Notes under the pieces: model-generated | The model's database searches: none | Seen by the model: the letters and a program-made list of their open reading frames with translations, nothing else | Told to the model about the DNA's origin: nothing | In this document: in pieces, positions 11,746-44,036 of the stretch | Numbering within the stretch: the stretch's first letter is position 1 | Layout of the letters: each line of letters opens with the position of its first letter | Program-made: the position numbers and the translations under genes | DNA from: Tubiluchus corallicola | Taxonomy: Eukaryota > Animalia > Priapulida | Direction of reading: 5' to 3' | DNA length: 64,000 nt | NCBI GenBank assembly: GCA_030141605.1 | Contig: JAQGDQ010000475.1 | Span: forward strand, 110,159-174,158

Positions 11746-13170
11746 ACCATAAAAGTGTAAATTGATAAAAATCGACTAAGATGATAATATTTGATATTCA
11801 TTTAGTGTTTCATCATAGCTGGCACAGAGATTCTCCCCAATGTGCAATACAAAAAAAATGTGCAAGATTCACACTTGAAAACCGGATGATTGTGTAAACA
11901 TTAGTTTAGAATAAAGAACCACTAATTTAAAATCATTGATTACTTCATCGATCTCTTTCTCCACCTGGTACAGTAAGTTATCTACCTTTCCTTTCCGAAT
12001 TCTTTGCCGTTGTGCTTTTGTTGTCACCTTTACCTGTGAACCACCCACTCAAAGTCACTGAATACCCAATCTTAGTTACTCATCTACCTCTTGTTATGAG
12101 ATGCAAAATGTTTGTCAATGAGCTCCTTGCAGTTTTATAACCTCCTTTCTCTATTGGTTTTTAAACTTTCATCTCCCTTGACTTTAATCCACCCACTCAA
12201 GGTCACCGACCACTTCTCCAATGTGACTTCCTCACTTGGTACAGTAAGAGGAGTACCTTTGCTTGTCCAGCCGCTCATAGTCCTTACTTGTTGTAAACTT
12301 TGATCTTAAACTGCCCCCCCCCATGTCACCACCTACCCAACAATTTTTCTCCCATTTCTTGCTATGACCTGCTTAAGTTTGATGACTTAGCTCCTTAACA
12401 ATTCTAGAGTTCTAAGACACAGTTGAAGTGACAGTTACATACGTAATCCGAATAATAAATAAATAATTTCTGGGTTGGAAAGTTGTGTTTTGACTATTCA
12501 ATGAGTTTGACTATTTTTAAACAGTGCTGCACTTTCGTATTCGTCCCCTGCCTGCTTACTCTCTAAACCACTAGGTGAGATGTTTGCACATTATTTGTCC
12601 CTGGTGGTCAGTGTAATTTACAACATGCAGCATTTGAATGTTTTCGTCTGAAGACGAAACAATGGCAAAGTTTTATATAACGTGATCTTGAGTCTACCTA
12701 CACCTCCGTTGGCTTGCCCTTGAGGTCTTTTAGGGGTGGTTAAACTCGCTGGTTGGTCCGAGATTACAGCCTCGCTGTCAACTTACGCTGACTTAATTTG
12801 GCATTTACAGCAGTACAATTACGCAAGCCACTATATAGTAAATTTATTATAATTTATAGTGTTAATACTTTTTACAGTAACTTAAGTCGCAAAAAACTTC
12901 CCTCTCAAGTTATATATCACCATCACGCCTAACTACTTCAAAGACTTGGTCACTTTGCCTCTTAACAATTGTTGATTTGTAAGACAATCACTTACACTGG
13001 GTTTATTATGGACAACTTCCAGAAGTGGTCGAGCTTTGTTTACTCCACGTATCTCTCTTGTCTGCTTCCTTTATACTTAACAGGATAACCTATAGTGTTC
13101 CAGTGTCAGCAGTGTGTCCTACCTAAATTTAGTGTTGATGTTTTGTGTTTACATAAAAATGTAACATGGT

Positions 13171-13505
13171 CAGGGACGGCTCTAGGTAGTTTGAGGTGCT
13201 CTAGGCAAAAATTTTTTAGCGCCCTCTCTTCCACCTAAAATTTTTGGCGCCCTCTTTTCCACGGAGAATTTTTAGGGCCCTCCCTTCAACGCTCAATCCC
13301 TTCTCCCGCTGCCGCCTCCACCATACCCTCAAAATTGAATTTGTAGTGACAATATTATAAAGTATAATGGTAGTTTGTAATTGGTGCATGTTCTAGCCCT
13401 CTTGATTTATTAAGCACAATTGTTCATAATTGTTATCACTTATGCTAAACTTAAAAATTAGAGACTTCTAAAATTTGGCGCCCCTCCAAAATTTGTTGCC
13501 CCAGC
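13171..13505 (+). mobile_element. Truncated hAT-like MITE
   Basis: Begins CAGGGACGGCTCTAGG and contains repeated GCGCCC motifs. No matching right terminus was found. Confidence 0.45.
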
Positions 13506-13523
13506 TAACTACTTAGCTTGTTT

Positions 13524-13963
13524 AGTGGTACAGTCTGCTCTGAACATGGTATAAACAGTAAACAAGCACCTTGTATAGAGTGGTACAGTCTGCTCTGAAC
13601 ATGGTGTAAACAGTAAACAAGCACCTTGTATAGAGTGGTACAGTCTGCTCTGAACATGGTATAAACAGTAAACAAGCACCTTGTATAGAGTGGTACAGGC
13701 TACTCTGAACATGGTATAAACAGTAAACAAGCACCTTGTATAGAGTGGTACAGTCTGCTCTGAACATGGTATAAACAGTAAACAAGCACCTTGTATAGAG
13801 TGGTACAGTCTGCTCTCAACATGGTATAAACAGTAAACAAGCACCTTGTATAGAGTGGTACAGGCTACTCTGAACATGGTATAAACAGTAAACAAGCACC
13901 TTGTATAGAGTGGTACAGTCTGCTCTGAACATGGTATAAACAGTAAACAAGCACCTGGTATAG
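13524..13963 (+). repeat. 55-bp minisatellite, 8 copies
   Basis: Unit AGTGGTACAGTCTGCTCTGAACATGGTATAAACAGTAAACAAGCACCTTGTATAG. Confidence 0.95.
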
Positions 13964-15647
13964 TTCTAATCGAGTGAATTTGGTGATTAACTGAAACTGG
14001 TTTGGGCTTGTTCTGGACAACTTCTAATGTTGGTCGAACGCTTAAAGGACAAGAAAAGGGCACCTAAAATAGGTTTCAGAAAAATCACCTTGAAAAATTA
14101 TACTACTTTGCAGTAATTTTATGTACATATCGTATTCACGTTGAAAAGAATTTTCGTTTGTTTTCATTTTAAATCTCCCGCAATACTGTTCCGACGCCAC
14201 GTAAATCAGGGGAAGAAAAGACAATGTTAAATTGTGATCTAAAAAAACTCGTGCAAATCTATACTACTTAGCATTTCACTTACCTGCTGGAAAGACTTAA
14301 ATAACTAGACTAATAATTTACAATGTTTGTGCCAATTGGTAAAATGTCACTGACTCACTCTCCAGGGTGCGCCACTCACTAACCAAGAACGTATTTTTAA
14401 TCTTATTGACAAGATACAGTAATTTAAAAGTTTACTTAATTAGCAACGTTCATGCTACGAATACTCTGATTAGTTTTTCAAACTTCATTTAATGTTATCA
14501 AAACTTATTTCGCAAGATCTACCATTAAAATGGCCTCACCTAACGGTCATCTGGAGTTTAAATTTACACGTTTTATACAGCGTTACGTCCGATGCAAGCG
14601 ATGCATACGAAAAGGTAGCATGTAAGTGGCATAAAGTCTCCACCGACATTACCCCTCCCCTCCGATAATTTGGCAGCAAAAATTTTATAGTTATTTTGCA
14701 TAAAATTTTGAGCAAATATTTATGAATATCTGTGAAGATCTTGCAGCTGTAATCTAGGCTCGGTACCAGCAATAATTTATCTTTCTCTTCCATCCTCGTA
14801 CTTTGTAGGGACAAGCTTTTGTCTTGTGTTTCGTATAACCGGCATTCACGATCCCCAATCCGTTATTATTGTGATTAAAGAAATTTTACAACTAATTTAA
14901 TAGTCTTATTTATAGTACTAGTTTAACCTATTCGTGGTAAAATAATGATTAAAATCAATAGATGTCACATCACTATGGGCTTTTGTAATGCACATTGTAA
15001 AATTTAAATATTTTTCGGTTGACTGACGAACAAACGAATTTGCATGAAGCTGTCTGGAGATCAGTACACCTGCCAGAGTCGTCCGTCCAGTTATTTGCTG
15101 TAAATGATGTGACATGATCTATCCTTTTTATGCCCAGAAGAACAGAGTGATGTCTTGACGTAGTCAGAACAGAAGTATAGTCTCACAAAAACTCTCCACT
15201 CAAAGTTATATTACTTAGCATGAAGCCCACCTGTTTGAAACACTTATGTAACTGGAAAAGAAAATCTTTCGTAATTTTACATGTTCACATCAAATGGTAA
15301 AACTTCACTGATTCACCGTCCCCGTCTGCGCCACTGACTCACCAAAAAACATTCTATCAATCTTACTGACGAAATAGAGCAACTTATTTATTTGCGTTTT
15401 AGCAAAGCGTATTCTATGACCCACCAGCTTGAAACTGAGGCTAAAGCTAAGTTGCTAACCTGGGTAAAACGATAATGAAGTATGAAACAACCAGAAAAAG
15501 ATTGTGTAGCTGTGAAATAAAGAAGGTTGCTTTAACATGAACATCAAACGTTCTGAAAGAAAAGAGAATGCAACAGTTTATGACAGAAAGCAATTGTTTT
15601 CCAAAAATACACCTTAAAAGTAAATTGACTGACAGAGCAGAACGCTG

Positions 15648-16175
15648 AGAGCAAAGCTACAAAGGAAAGGAAAGATCACTGAGCATGTTGAGTTTATTTT
15701 ACTGTTATCACTGAAACTGTTTGTGGTGTGCTAAACTAATTTAGAGAGCAAGCTACAAAGGAAAGGAAAGATCACTGAGCATGTTGAGTTTATTTTACTG
15801 TTATCACTTAAACTGTTTGTGGTGTGCTAAACTAAAGAACATATCACTCAGTATGTCGGGTTTATTTTACTGTTATCACTTAAACTGTTTGTGGTGTGCT
15901 AAAGGAAAGAACAAGTTACTCGGTATGTTGGGTTTATTTTACTGTTATCACTCAAACTGTTTGTGGTGTGCTAAAGGAAAGAACAAGTTACTCGGTATGT
16001 TGAGTTTATTTTACTGTTATCACTCAAACTGTTTGTGGTGTGCTAAAGGAAAGGACAAATCACTCAGTATGTTAGGTTTATTTTAGTGTTGTGACTTAAA
16101 CTGTTTGTGGTGTGCTAAAGGAAAGAACAAGTCACTCAGCATGTTGGGTTTGTTTTACTATTATCACTTAAACTT
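15648..16175 (+). repeat. 60-bp minisatellite, ~8 copies
   Basis: ATGTTGAGTTTATTTTACTGTTATCACTTAAACTGTTTGTGGTGTGCTAAAGGAAAGAAC repeats. Confidence 0.9.
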
Positions 16176-17119
16176 AGAAAAATATAATAAAGAAGTTTGT
16201 GGAAAAACTGTCCGTAAAGCATAAAAGTTAATTTACACTACTGCAATAACAAAGTAGTTACCATTCGAAGTTATAATACTCTAGCCTCTAATCTTAAATA
16301 TATATAGCAAACCAATGAAATTAATATATAGATCGAGAAAATAAACTAACTTATTCTTTTGCGTAGTTAGCAATGATTACGCTATGAAAACTCTGATTAT
16401 TTTTGCAAACTTTACACAATGTTATCTAATGACTTGCCGTTAAAACGGGTCATCGCGGAAGTGTGAATTTGAATTTGATACAGCATTACTGATATTACAT
16501 GCAGGTTTTGTATGCAATAAGGCAGCATGTAGGGGAAACAAAACTTCAAGACGATTTTTTAGCTTTATGTAAATAAAGCATTTTTTGTCCTTCAGCAAAT
16601 CCCAGTTAACGAACGAAGTTTAGGTAAAATTCTTCTATCCAATACAATTACAAATTTACAGACAGGAGAGTGCAAGCACAAGGTGCATGCTTGCTTAGTT
16701 TATTACATCCTAACAATGTCGAGTAAGATTTTTATTGCAGTTACTCTTTGATACAGTGAAATCTGTTTAGTTGTTTGCTTTGTGACATTGCAACATATGT
16801 GCAATGTAGTTTCGGCAAGACAACATTTGAACTTAGAGGACAAATGGAAGACAACGAAAAACATTGTGAAGGTGACATTACTGCAAGAATGAGGACGCGG
16901 CTTATCAAAATGCAATGAAAACTTAATGTATATAAAGACCAACTTCTTATGTAAGTAAAAGTGAGTACCGAAGCGAGAGGTACCTCGTAGATATTGTAGA
17001 CATTATAAATCTGTTTGTAATCCGTTGCTATTGTTTCCTGGAGTAAGTAAGTACGCAGATCTTTACTATAGTAATTTCACGTAATACGGATGAAAGTTTT
17101 TGAACGTAACGTGTAACGT

Positions 17120-17838
17120 TTTGCTATTGAAACTGATAAGTCAAAGAACTGGTATGGTGGACGATCCATTTATGTTTGTTTGGAATTTATGTAAAACTAA
17201 CAATACTAAAGGATACAAGTACCTCCAAAAAATCCTTTCTACTGATATCGAAGACGATGTTCCGGCAAAAATTCGTAACAAAACGGGAACAAAATTTTTG
17301 ACATTTATAGAACTCAACCCATGTTTAGAACCTCATAAAGTCTATAATGATATGGAATCTGAAATCCCGGACTACCAAAGAGTTGAATTTACCAGACTTA
17401 GGACGTCATCGCATAATCTCATGGTAGAAACCGTGAGACGTTGGCCCAGAATACCGAGAGAAGACAGATTATGTACATGTGGGGAAGAAGTTCAAACAGA
17501 AGCCCACGTCTTATTGAGATGTCCGGTGACAGAAGATTTACGAATTGAACATTCTGAGTTGAACTTTTCTAGCATTTCTAACCCTATGCACTCCCCAAAT
17601 TTAACGTCGTTAATGAAATATTGTTGGAGATGTGTTAAGACGTATGAGTGAAGAACTATTGTGCCCCTACATTAAAACGCAATATTTTTATTGATTTGGT
17701 AAAGAAATTTGCCCTCTGTATATGATTTTTTGTTTTGCAGTTAAATTTTAATTTCGTTAATTATATAGTTATCGTTGCCTACTTATGTTATGTGAAATCA
17801 TTACGGTGAATAAACTAATTCTAATTCTAATTCTAACT
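17120..17838 (+). mobile_element. 5'-truncated LINE (CR1/L2 group): ORF2 C-terminal zinc knuckle, 3' UTR and (TTCTAA)n tail
   Basis: FTRLRTSSHNLMVET...IPREDRLCTCGEEVQTEAHVLLRCP; AATAAA followed by CTAATTCTAATTCTAATTCTAA at ~17809-17836. Confidence 0.85.
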
Positions 17839-18328
17839 ATGCAATATAGTCAACTCAACTCAACTGTTAACTCAACTCTTGAAAGTGCTTCAAGCTAATG
17901 TATTCACAAGCAAATTTTCACGCAGTTTAAAAATTTGAAAAATTTCCGTAAAGAAAAAAAAGTTGTTAGCCTATTTCGTCAATCCCGTCAATTTCAATTT
18001 GCAATGCTATTGGAGGTTGTTCCACATTTCATTTGCATTGTGGGTCGAAACTTTGTGTATATGCAGCATGTACGCTCTTTATATTCTGTAATATGAATTT
18101 TGACATTAATGCTTCACAACGGAACACCACAAACTTCTTTTAATTTGGTTAATCTCTCACTGCACATCCATTGCAGATTTTTCACAAAATAAATTAATTC
18201 TTATTAGCTGTCGTTTTAAAATATCAACACTGTCAATTTCTTTTTGTTGTTTGTGTAGACAGTCGAAATAATTCCAACCCTTTCATTTCTAATTTGTTTT
18301 TGTTTGTTGACAAATACATAGATGTAAA

Positions 18329-29848
<11,520 letters not shown>

Positions 29849-30469
29849 TTTTATGCTTGTGTAGAAGATTTTGGTTTAGTGTGAATAAGATTCCTATAAA
29901 ACCTGCTTTTGAAGCTTTGTTTGCTAGAAAGTTCTTGTTTTCGTATTTTTGCCTCGGAGTAGGCCTATCATGCACATCATCATGTTAGTGGTTAAAAACT
30001 TATGTTATCACAAGATCGTCAGTTGATTTTATTAGGGTATCGATCGATGATGATCGTTCAATGTTAGCGTATATTAGAAAGTACTGTGTGCAGTACATTA
30101 TGTAGCTTATAGTTCTAGGACATTTGAGGTAAAGAGTAGCAGCTTAGAGATCCTAAAGTGATATTTTACGTTAATTATATAATTTTACCATGCAATAACA
30201 TAATTATTTGTCATTTACACTTTCAATTGCTCAGGATGTTAGCTCGTTACATTAACACTACAGGTTACCTTCAGTAGTGTATTTAAGACAAATTAGGGCT
30301 ATAGTATGCTAATTTCTCATCATGTGTAATCTGATATGTGCATAAGTCAAACTGACACTTGTTCTGCTATTAATCTATTTTTACTAATAAATTAGACTGA
30401 CCAATTTTATTTGAAGAACGTTTTGCATTACATGAATTATATTAAACTCGAAGCTGTTTACTAACTAAC

Positions 30470-30470
<1 letters not shown>

Positions 30471-30529
<59 letters not shown>

Positions 30530-30578
30530 AAGAGCGAGAGAGAGAATAGATAGAGAGAGGGAGGGTGAGAAGAGGACA

Positions 30579-30624
<46 letters not shown>

Positions 30625-30634
30625 GAGAGAGAGA

Positions 30635-30682
<48 letters not shown>
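30471..30682. repeat. (GA)n microsatellite
   Basis: Read directly from the sequence. Confidence 0.95.
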
Positions 30683-30684
<2 letters not shown>

Positions 30685-30752
30685 TAAATGAGAGAAAATA
30701 AATGGAAAGATGAGGAGGAGTAAAAAACTCAAAAAACAAAAAGAGACCGATC

Positions 30753-39484
<8,732 letters not shown>

Positions 39485-40487
39485 GACTTGACCATAAATA
39501 TCTAAAAATAATCTTTTCAGTGGTCCATCAACTAAGTTGAAATGGATGCAAAACACCAATTTAATGTGTTGAGCAAAAGTTTCTTTATTCTGAAATACAA
39601 TTATTATCATTATCAGGAGACATTATGCATATCTCTTACGTAAAAATAATTGCCACGCATGCGCAGAGAGTCTGAGATTGTTAGCCTGCATGTCGAACAC
39701 TGCTAGAAAAATTTCAATCAATGGCTGTTTTTGTTTATACAATCGGGCACGGTTTTTGTATTGTGCAATGTGGCGCCATCTATGAAAAGGTTCATTGTTA
39801 GGAGAATATTTGATCGGTGAATCCTATAAGACTAGATTGTTTCGATAAACATCTTAATTTTTTAACTATTTGATTGCTAATATTAATAATTTGCCTTACG
39901 ATAAACATTTTAATTTTTTATTACACAATTCAATTGAACTAACTAATTACTCAATCAATAAACATCTTAATTTTTTATTACATAATTCAATTGAACTAAC
40001 TAATTACTCAATCAATAAACATCTTAATTTTTTAACTATTTTGATAATATGCTAATTTTAATAATTTGGTTTAACAAATCAAGTGATGTAATATTTAAAT
40101 TTTGTATACTGGTTTTATAAGTGCTAAACAAAATTGAAATTGTGATTATTAATAATCATTAAAATGCGTTTGTGGTGTGTTAAGGTTATACTGTGATATT
40201 TAATTTGGTGTGATATTTTTAAATTATATTGCTTTTATGCGAATGTTGTCTATTTGCAAAAAAACCTTTTTAACTGATGCAATAGTCTACATTAAGGTAA
40301 AGTAGCCTGCGTTAACATAGAAAGAAATTTCAATGGGTGAACTTTTCGAATAGAATGCTTAGAACTTTCAAATTACAGTGTTAAATTTACCATTGATGAT
40401 GGCAGCAGTAATCGGTAGAAAAGTTTGATATGATTTTTTACTGTGTGAATTGCAAGTTTTAGTAAGGTTGTTTTGCTGGAGACAATA

Positions 40488-41067
40488 CAGTGTTCCCTCA
40501 CTTATCGCGGGTGTTCCGTTCCAGGCCCACCCGCGATAAGTGAATTTCCTCGAAGTCGGGACGCTATACTTATTTTAGTAGTTATACATTATTTTAAGTC
40601 TTTATAAACCCTCCTCACACTCTTATACATAACCCTTTCCCATTCCCTTAATAACTTTTCCCATACTGTACATGTACCCTCTAAAAAACTTTACTTAAAT
40701 GTTCATGAAAATGTTTTAAACTCTTAAACCTTGCAGCATCTCAAGTACTACATTTCGTTTTTGGTATGTATTCATCCGCCGAATAAATACACTATTTATT
40801 GTAAATGGTAATTTTTTATCATTTATAATATTCTTTTAATGTTTGAATTAATATTTTTAATATATTTTGATACATTTTGTGATTTTTTATGCAAAATTCA
40901 TCAAATCTATACATTACTGTACAATACGTGCTACGCATGTGCAAAAATGCTTTAGACGGAGTACCGCAAAACCCCGCGAAACAGCGAAAATACGGCGATA
41001 AATATTTTACATTAATATTTTTGAAAATCCGCGAAACAGCGAGTCCGCGATAAACAAACCGCGAAGC
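40488..41067 (+). mobile_element. Tc1/mariner (pogo/Tigger-like) MITE with truncated right end
   Basis: TA|CAGTGTTCCCTCACTTATCGCGGG...CCCGCGATAAGTGA left end; CCGCGAAACAGCGA/CCGCGATAA subterminal repeats on the right. Confidence 0.75.
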
Positions 41068-41129
41068 AAACTAGTTTCTTTCATCATTAATATTGAAATG
41101 GCGGCGGTGCCTTGCCTACAAGGGATAAA

Positions 41130-41918
41130 ACTTACTTACCTACCTACCTACCTACCTACCTACCTACCTACCTACCTACCTACCTACCTACCTACCTACC
41201 TACCTACCTACCCTCCTACCTACCTACCTACCTACCTACCTACCTACCTACCTACCTACCTACCTACCTACCTACCTACCTACCTGCCTGCCTGCCTACC
41301 TACCTACCTACCTACCTACCTACCACCTACCTACCTACCTACCTACTTACTTACTTTTACTTGTTTGCTTGCTTACTTACTTACTTACTCACTCCTCACT
41401 CACTCACTCACTCACTTACTCACTCTTCACTCACTCACTCACTCCTCACTCACTCACTCACTCCTCACTCACTCACTCACTCACTCCTCACTCACTCACT
41501 CACTCACTCACTCACTCACTCCCTCACTCACTCACTCACTCACTCACTCACTCACTCACTCACTCACTCACTCCTCACTCACTCACTCACTCACTCACTC
41601 CTCACTCACTCACTCCTCACTCACTCACTCACTCACTTCTCACTCACTCACTCACTCCTCACTCACTCACTCACTCCTCACTCACTCACTCACTCACTCA
41701 CTCACTCACTCACTCACTCACTCACTTACTCACACACTCACTCATTCACTCACTCACTCACTCACTCACTCCTCACTCACTCACTCACTCACTCACTCAC
41801 TCCTCACTCACTCACTCCTCACTCACTCACTCACTCACTCACTCACTCACTCACTCACTCACTCACTCACTCACTCCTCACTCACTCACTCACTCACTCA
41901 CTCACTCACTCACTCACT
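41130..41918. repeat. (CCTA)n-(CTTA)n-(CTCA)n tetranucleotide array
   Basis: Read directly from the sequence. Confidence 0.97.
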
Positions 41919-41919
41919 G

Positions 41920-42120
41920 AAGCATCGTTACCATACCAGATTTCCATATAGTCAGTCATATGTCGTTGAAAGATTCAATACTAAATACGGGCCAAAATTC
42001 TCTAAGATGTAAAGGTGCCACATTATGGAACTCACTCCTAAATGAAGTAACATCTGGGTCTTACTTTAACTTGATGGTCCTGATGTCACAATATAATCAA
42101 AATTTGTGAGTATTGCTGAC
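41920..42120 (+). mobile_element. Degenerate L2/Crack-like LINE 3' fragment
   Basis: HRYHTRF...YVVERFNTKYG... then, after a frameshift, KGATLWNSLL. Confidence 0.6.
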
Positions 42121-44036
42121 GTTAAAGTGTATCATTTAACATGCTATTCGTTACTCTTTTCTTATTTTGCCATTTCTCTTATTTTTTCCCTTTTTTGTTG
42201 CTTTGATTTGATACTAGTGATTAGATCATTAGATTATTCTCATTTGTGTTAAATTTCGATTTTGTTTTTGAGTTAATTATAATTTTCTTTGTTCACCAAG
42301 TTCTTCAACCATGTTTTTGAGTTTGTTTGAGATTTGTTTGCATTCGTGCAACAAATTATTCCCCCCTTTTGTTATAATTTTAGATTGGTTTCGAATACTA
42401 CACTGTTTTTCTTGCCAAAGTTTTTTTTATTTACGTTTAGACTCTTGAGTTACATTTGATTATCTTTTACAAGTTTTGATTCACGTTTTTCGTATTTTGT
42501 GCATTGACTAATTGAAATATATATATATATTGTATTGTACATTCTTTTGTGTCCTTCGTCAGGAGACAATTATTATGCTCTGGTCCACCACCCACCCAAA
42601 TACCGAACAAACTACATGAGAAACAGCAACAACGTTTCAGCAATTGTTATGTACTATACTATACTGCGTTTCACACTCAGTGAATTTAATCAAATTGGCA
42701 AGAATTGAGTTAAATTGATTTCTTCTACCATACAGTAAATTTCTGCTGTGCCCAGCAAAAATGTCAAAACAAACCCTCGACGAGTCGTTAGTTTTCAATA
42801 GAGCAGCAAATATCTGTCCTCTACGGGAAACTCCAGTGAAATTGTATTTAGAGAATTATCGTAAGTGAAGTGCGTGGAGGTTGGTCAGTAATTAGGCGAA
42901 CGGCAAGCATTTAAACAAAATTTACCAGGAAATACGTGAAATTAATGATCTCAAACAAAACGATATTGCTGAAATGGATACAAAACACCAGTTTAACGTG
43001 TTGACCAAAAGTTTCTTTATTCTGAAATACAATTATTAACATTTAGTTTAATTTGCATTGAGTAGAAGAAAATTAGTTGCATGATTAAATGTATTGATAA
43101 CTAAGTACTGATATAAAAATTATGTAAACTATGTTGAAATTAATTAATAATAACTTACGTTGCTAGAGCCTTTAACAGTTACAAAGACAGGAATGATAAC
43201 TCCAAGTAGCCTTAAGAACAATAATGTCACAACAATAAATTCGTAGGAAATTCACAGTCATAATGCTCATCACAGACAGAAAAATAGAGCAATGGCGGAG
43301 AGAACCAAAAGACGGGTAAAATGTCATACAACAGCTACAGCTATAGCTCACGAAAGGCCAAAATGCTAATCTATTGAAGGATGTAGGTGCTCCAATTTTA
43401 AAAGAGTGACTACTGTAAAAAGCTAAATGCTTACTAAATCAACAAACAGGTGGCAGCACCGTGACTGTAAATGAAAACTAAATTGAAACCAAAAAAGGGC
43501 CTATGCACCTACTACACTAATTATTTGTCATCATTTTCGTTAATTTTTAAAACAAACAAGTCCTTAAATACACTGCTGCAACAAGCTATTATTATAGGGG
43601 CAGATGACCTGATGACCGTATTGTCACCCCGCTCCCCCCGCTGCCCCTTCTCTTTTATATAATTTTATTTTTCATTATAAAGTCACAAAAATTGTTGCTT
43701 CCTGTGGAGAAAAAGAAAGTGGATTGAATTGAATTGGCAAGTTGTACCCTAGAAGTCACGTTGAAGACGAGCCTAGATGGAGCCGTAAGGTTGACCTACA
43801 AATGCGGGGGGGGGGAGGGGGTGATTTATAAATTTCAAAACCAGAACTCTCAAATTTTTTTGCTCTGTAAGCGTCATGCAAAATTTATGCAACTGAAATT
43901 TTTCGTGGTTCATTTTGGTGCGCATTGTACAATCTTTGTAAGCAAACCAAACAAAAAAATTCTCCTCCATTTTGGTTCGAGGACGAACCATCACTGTATT
44001 ATATCATTGTAAGTAATACGTTTACGATATAATAAA

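Noticed and set aside
41098-42012. TYLP/THSL repeat proteins
   Set aside because: Translations of (CCTA)n and (CTCA)n in all three frames.
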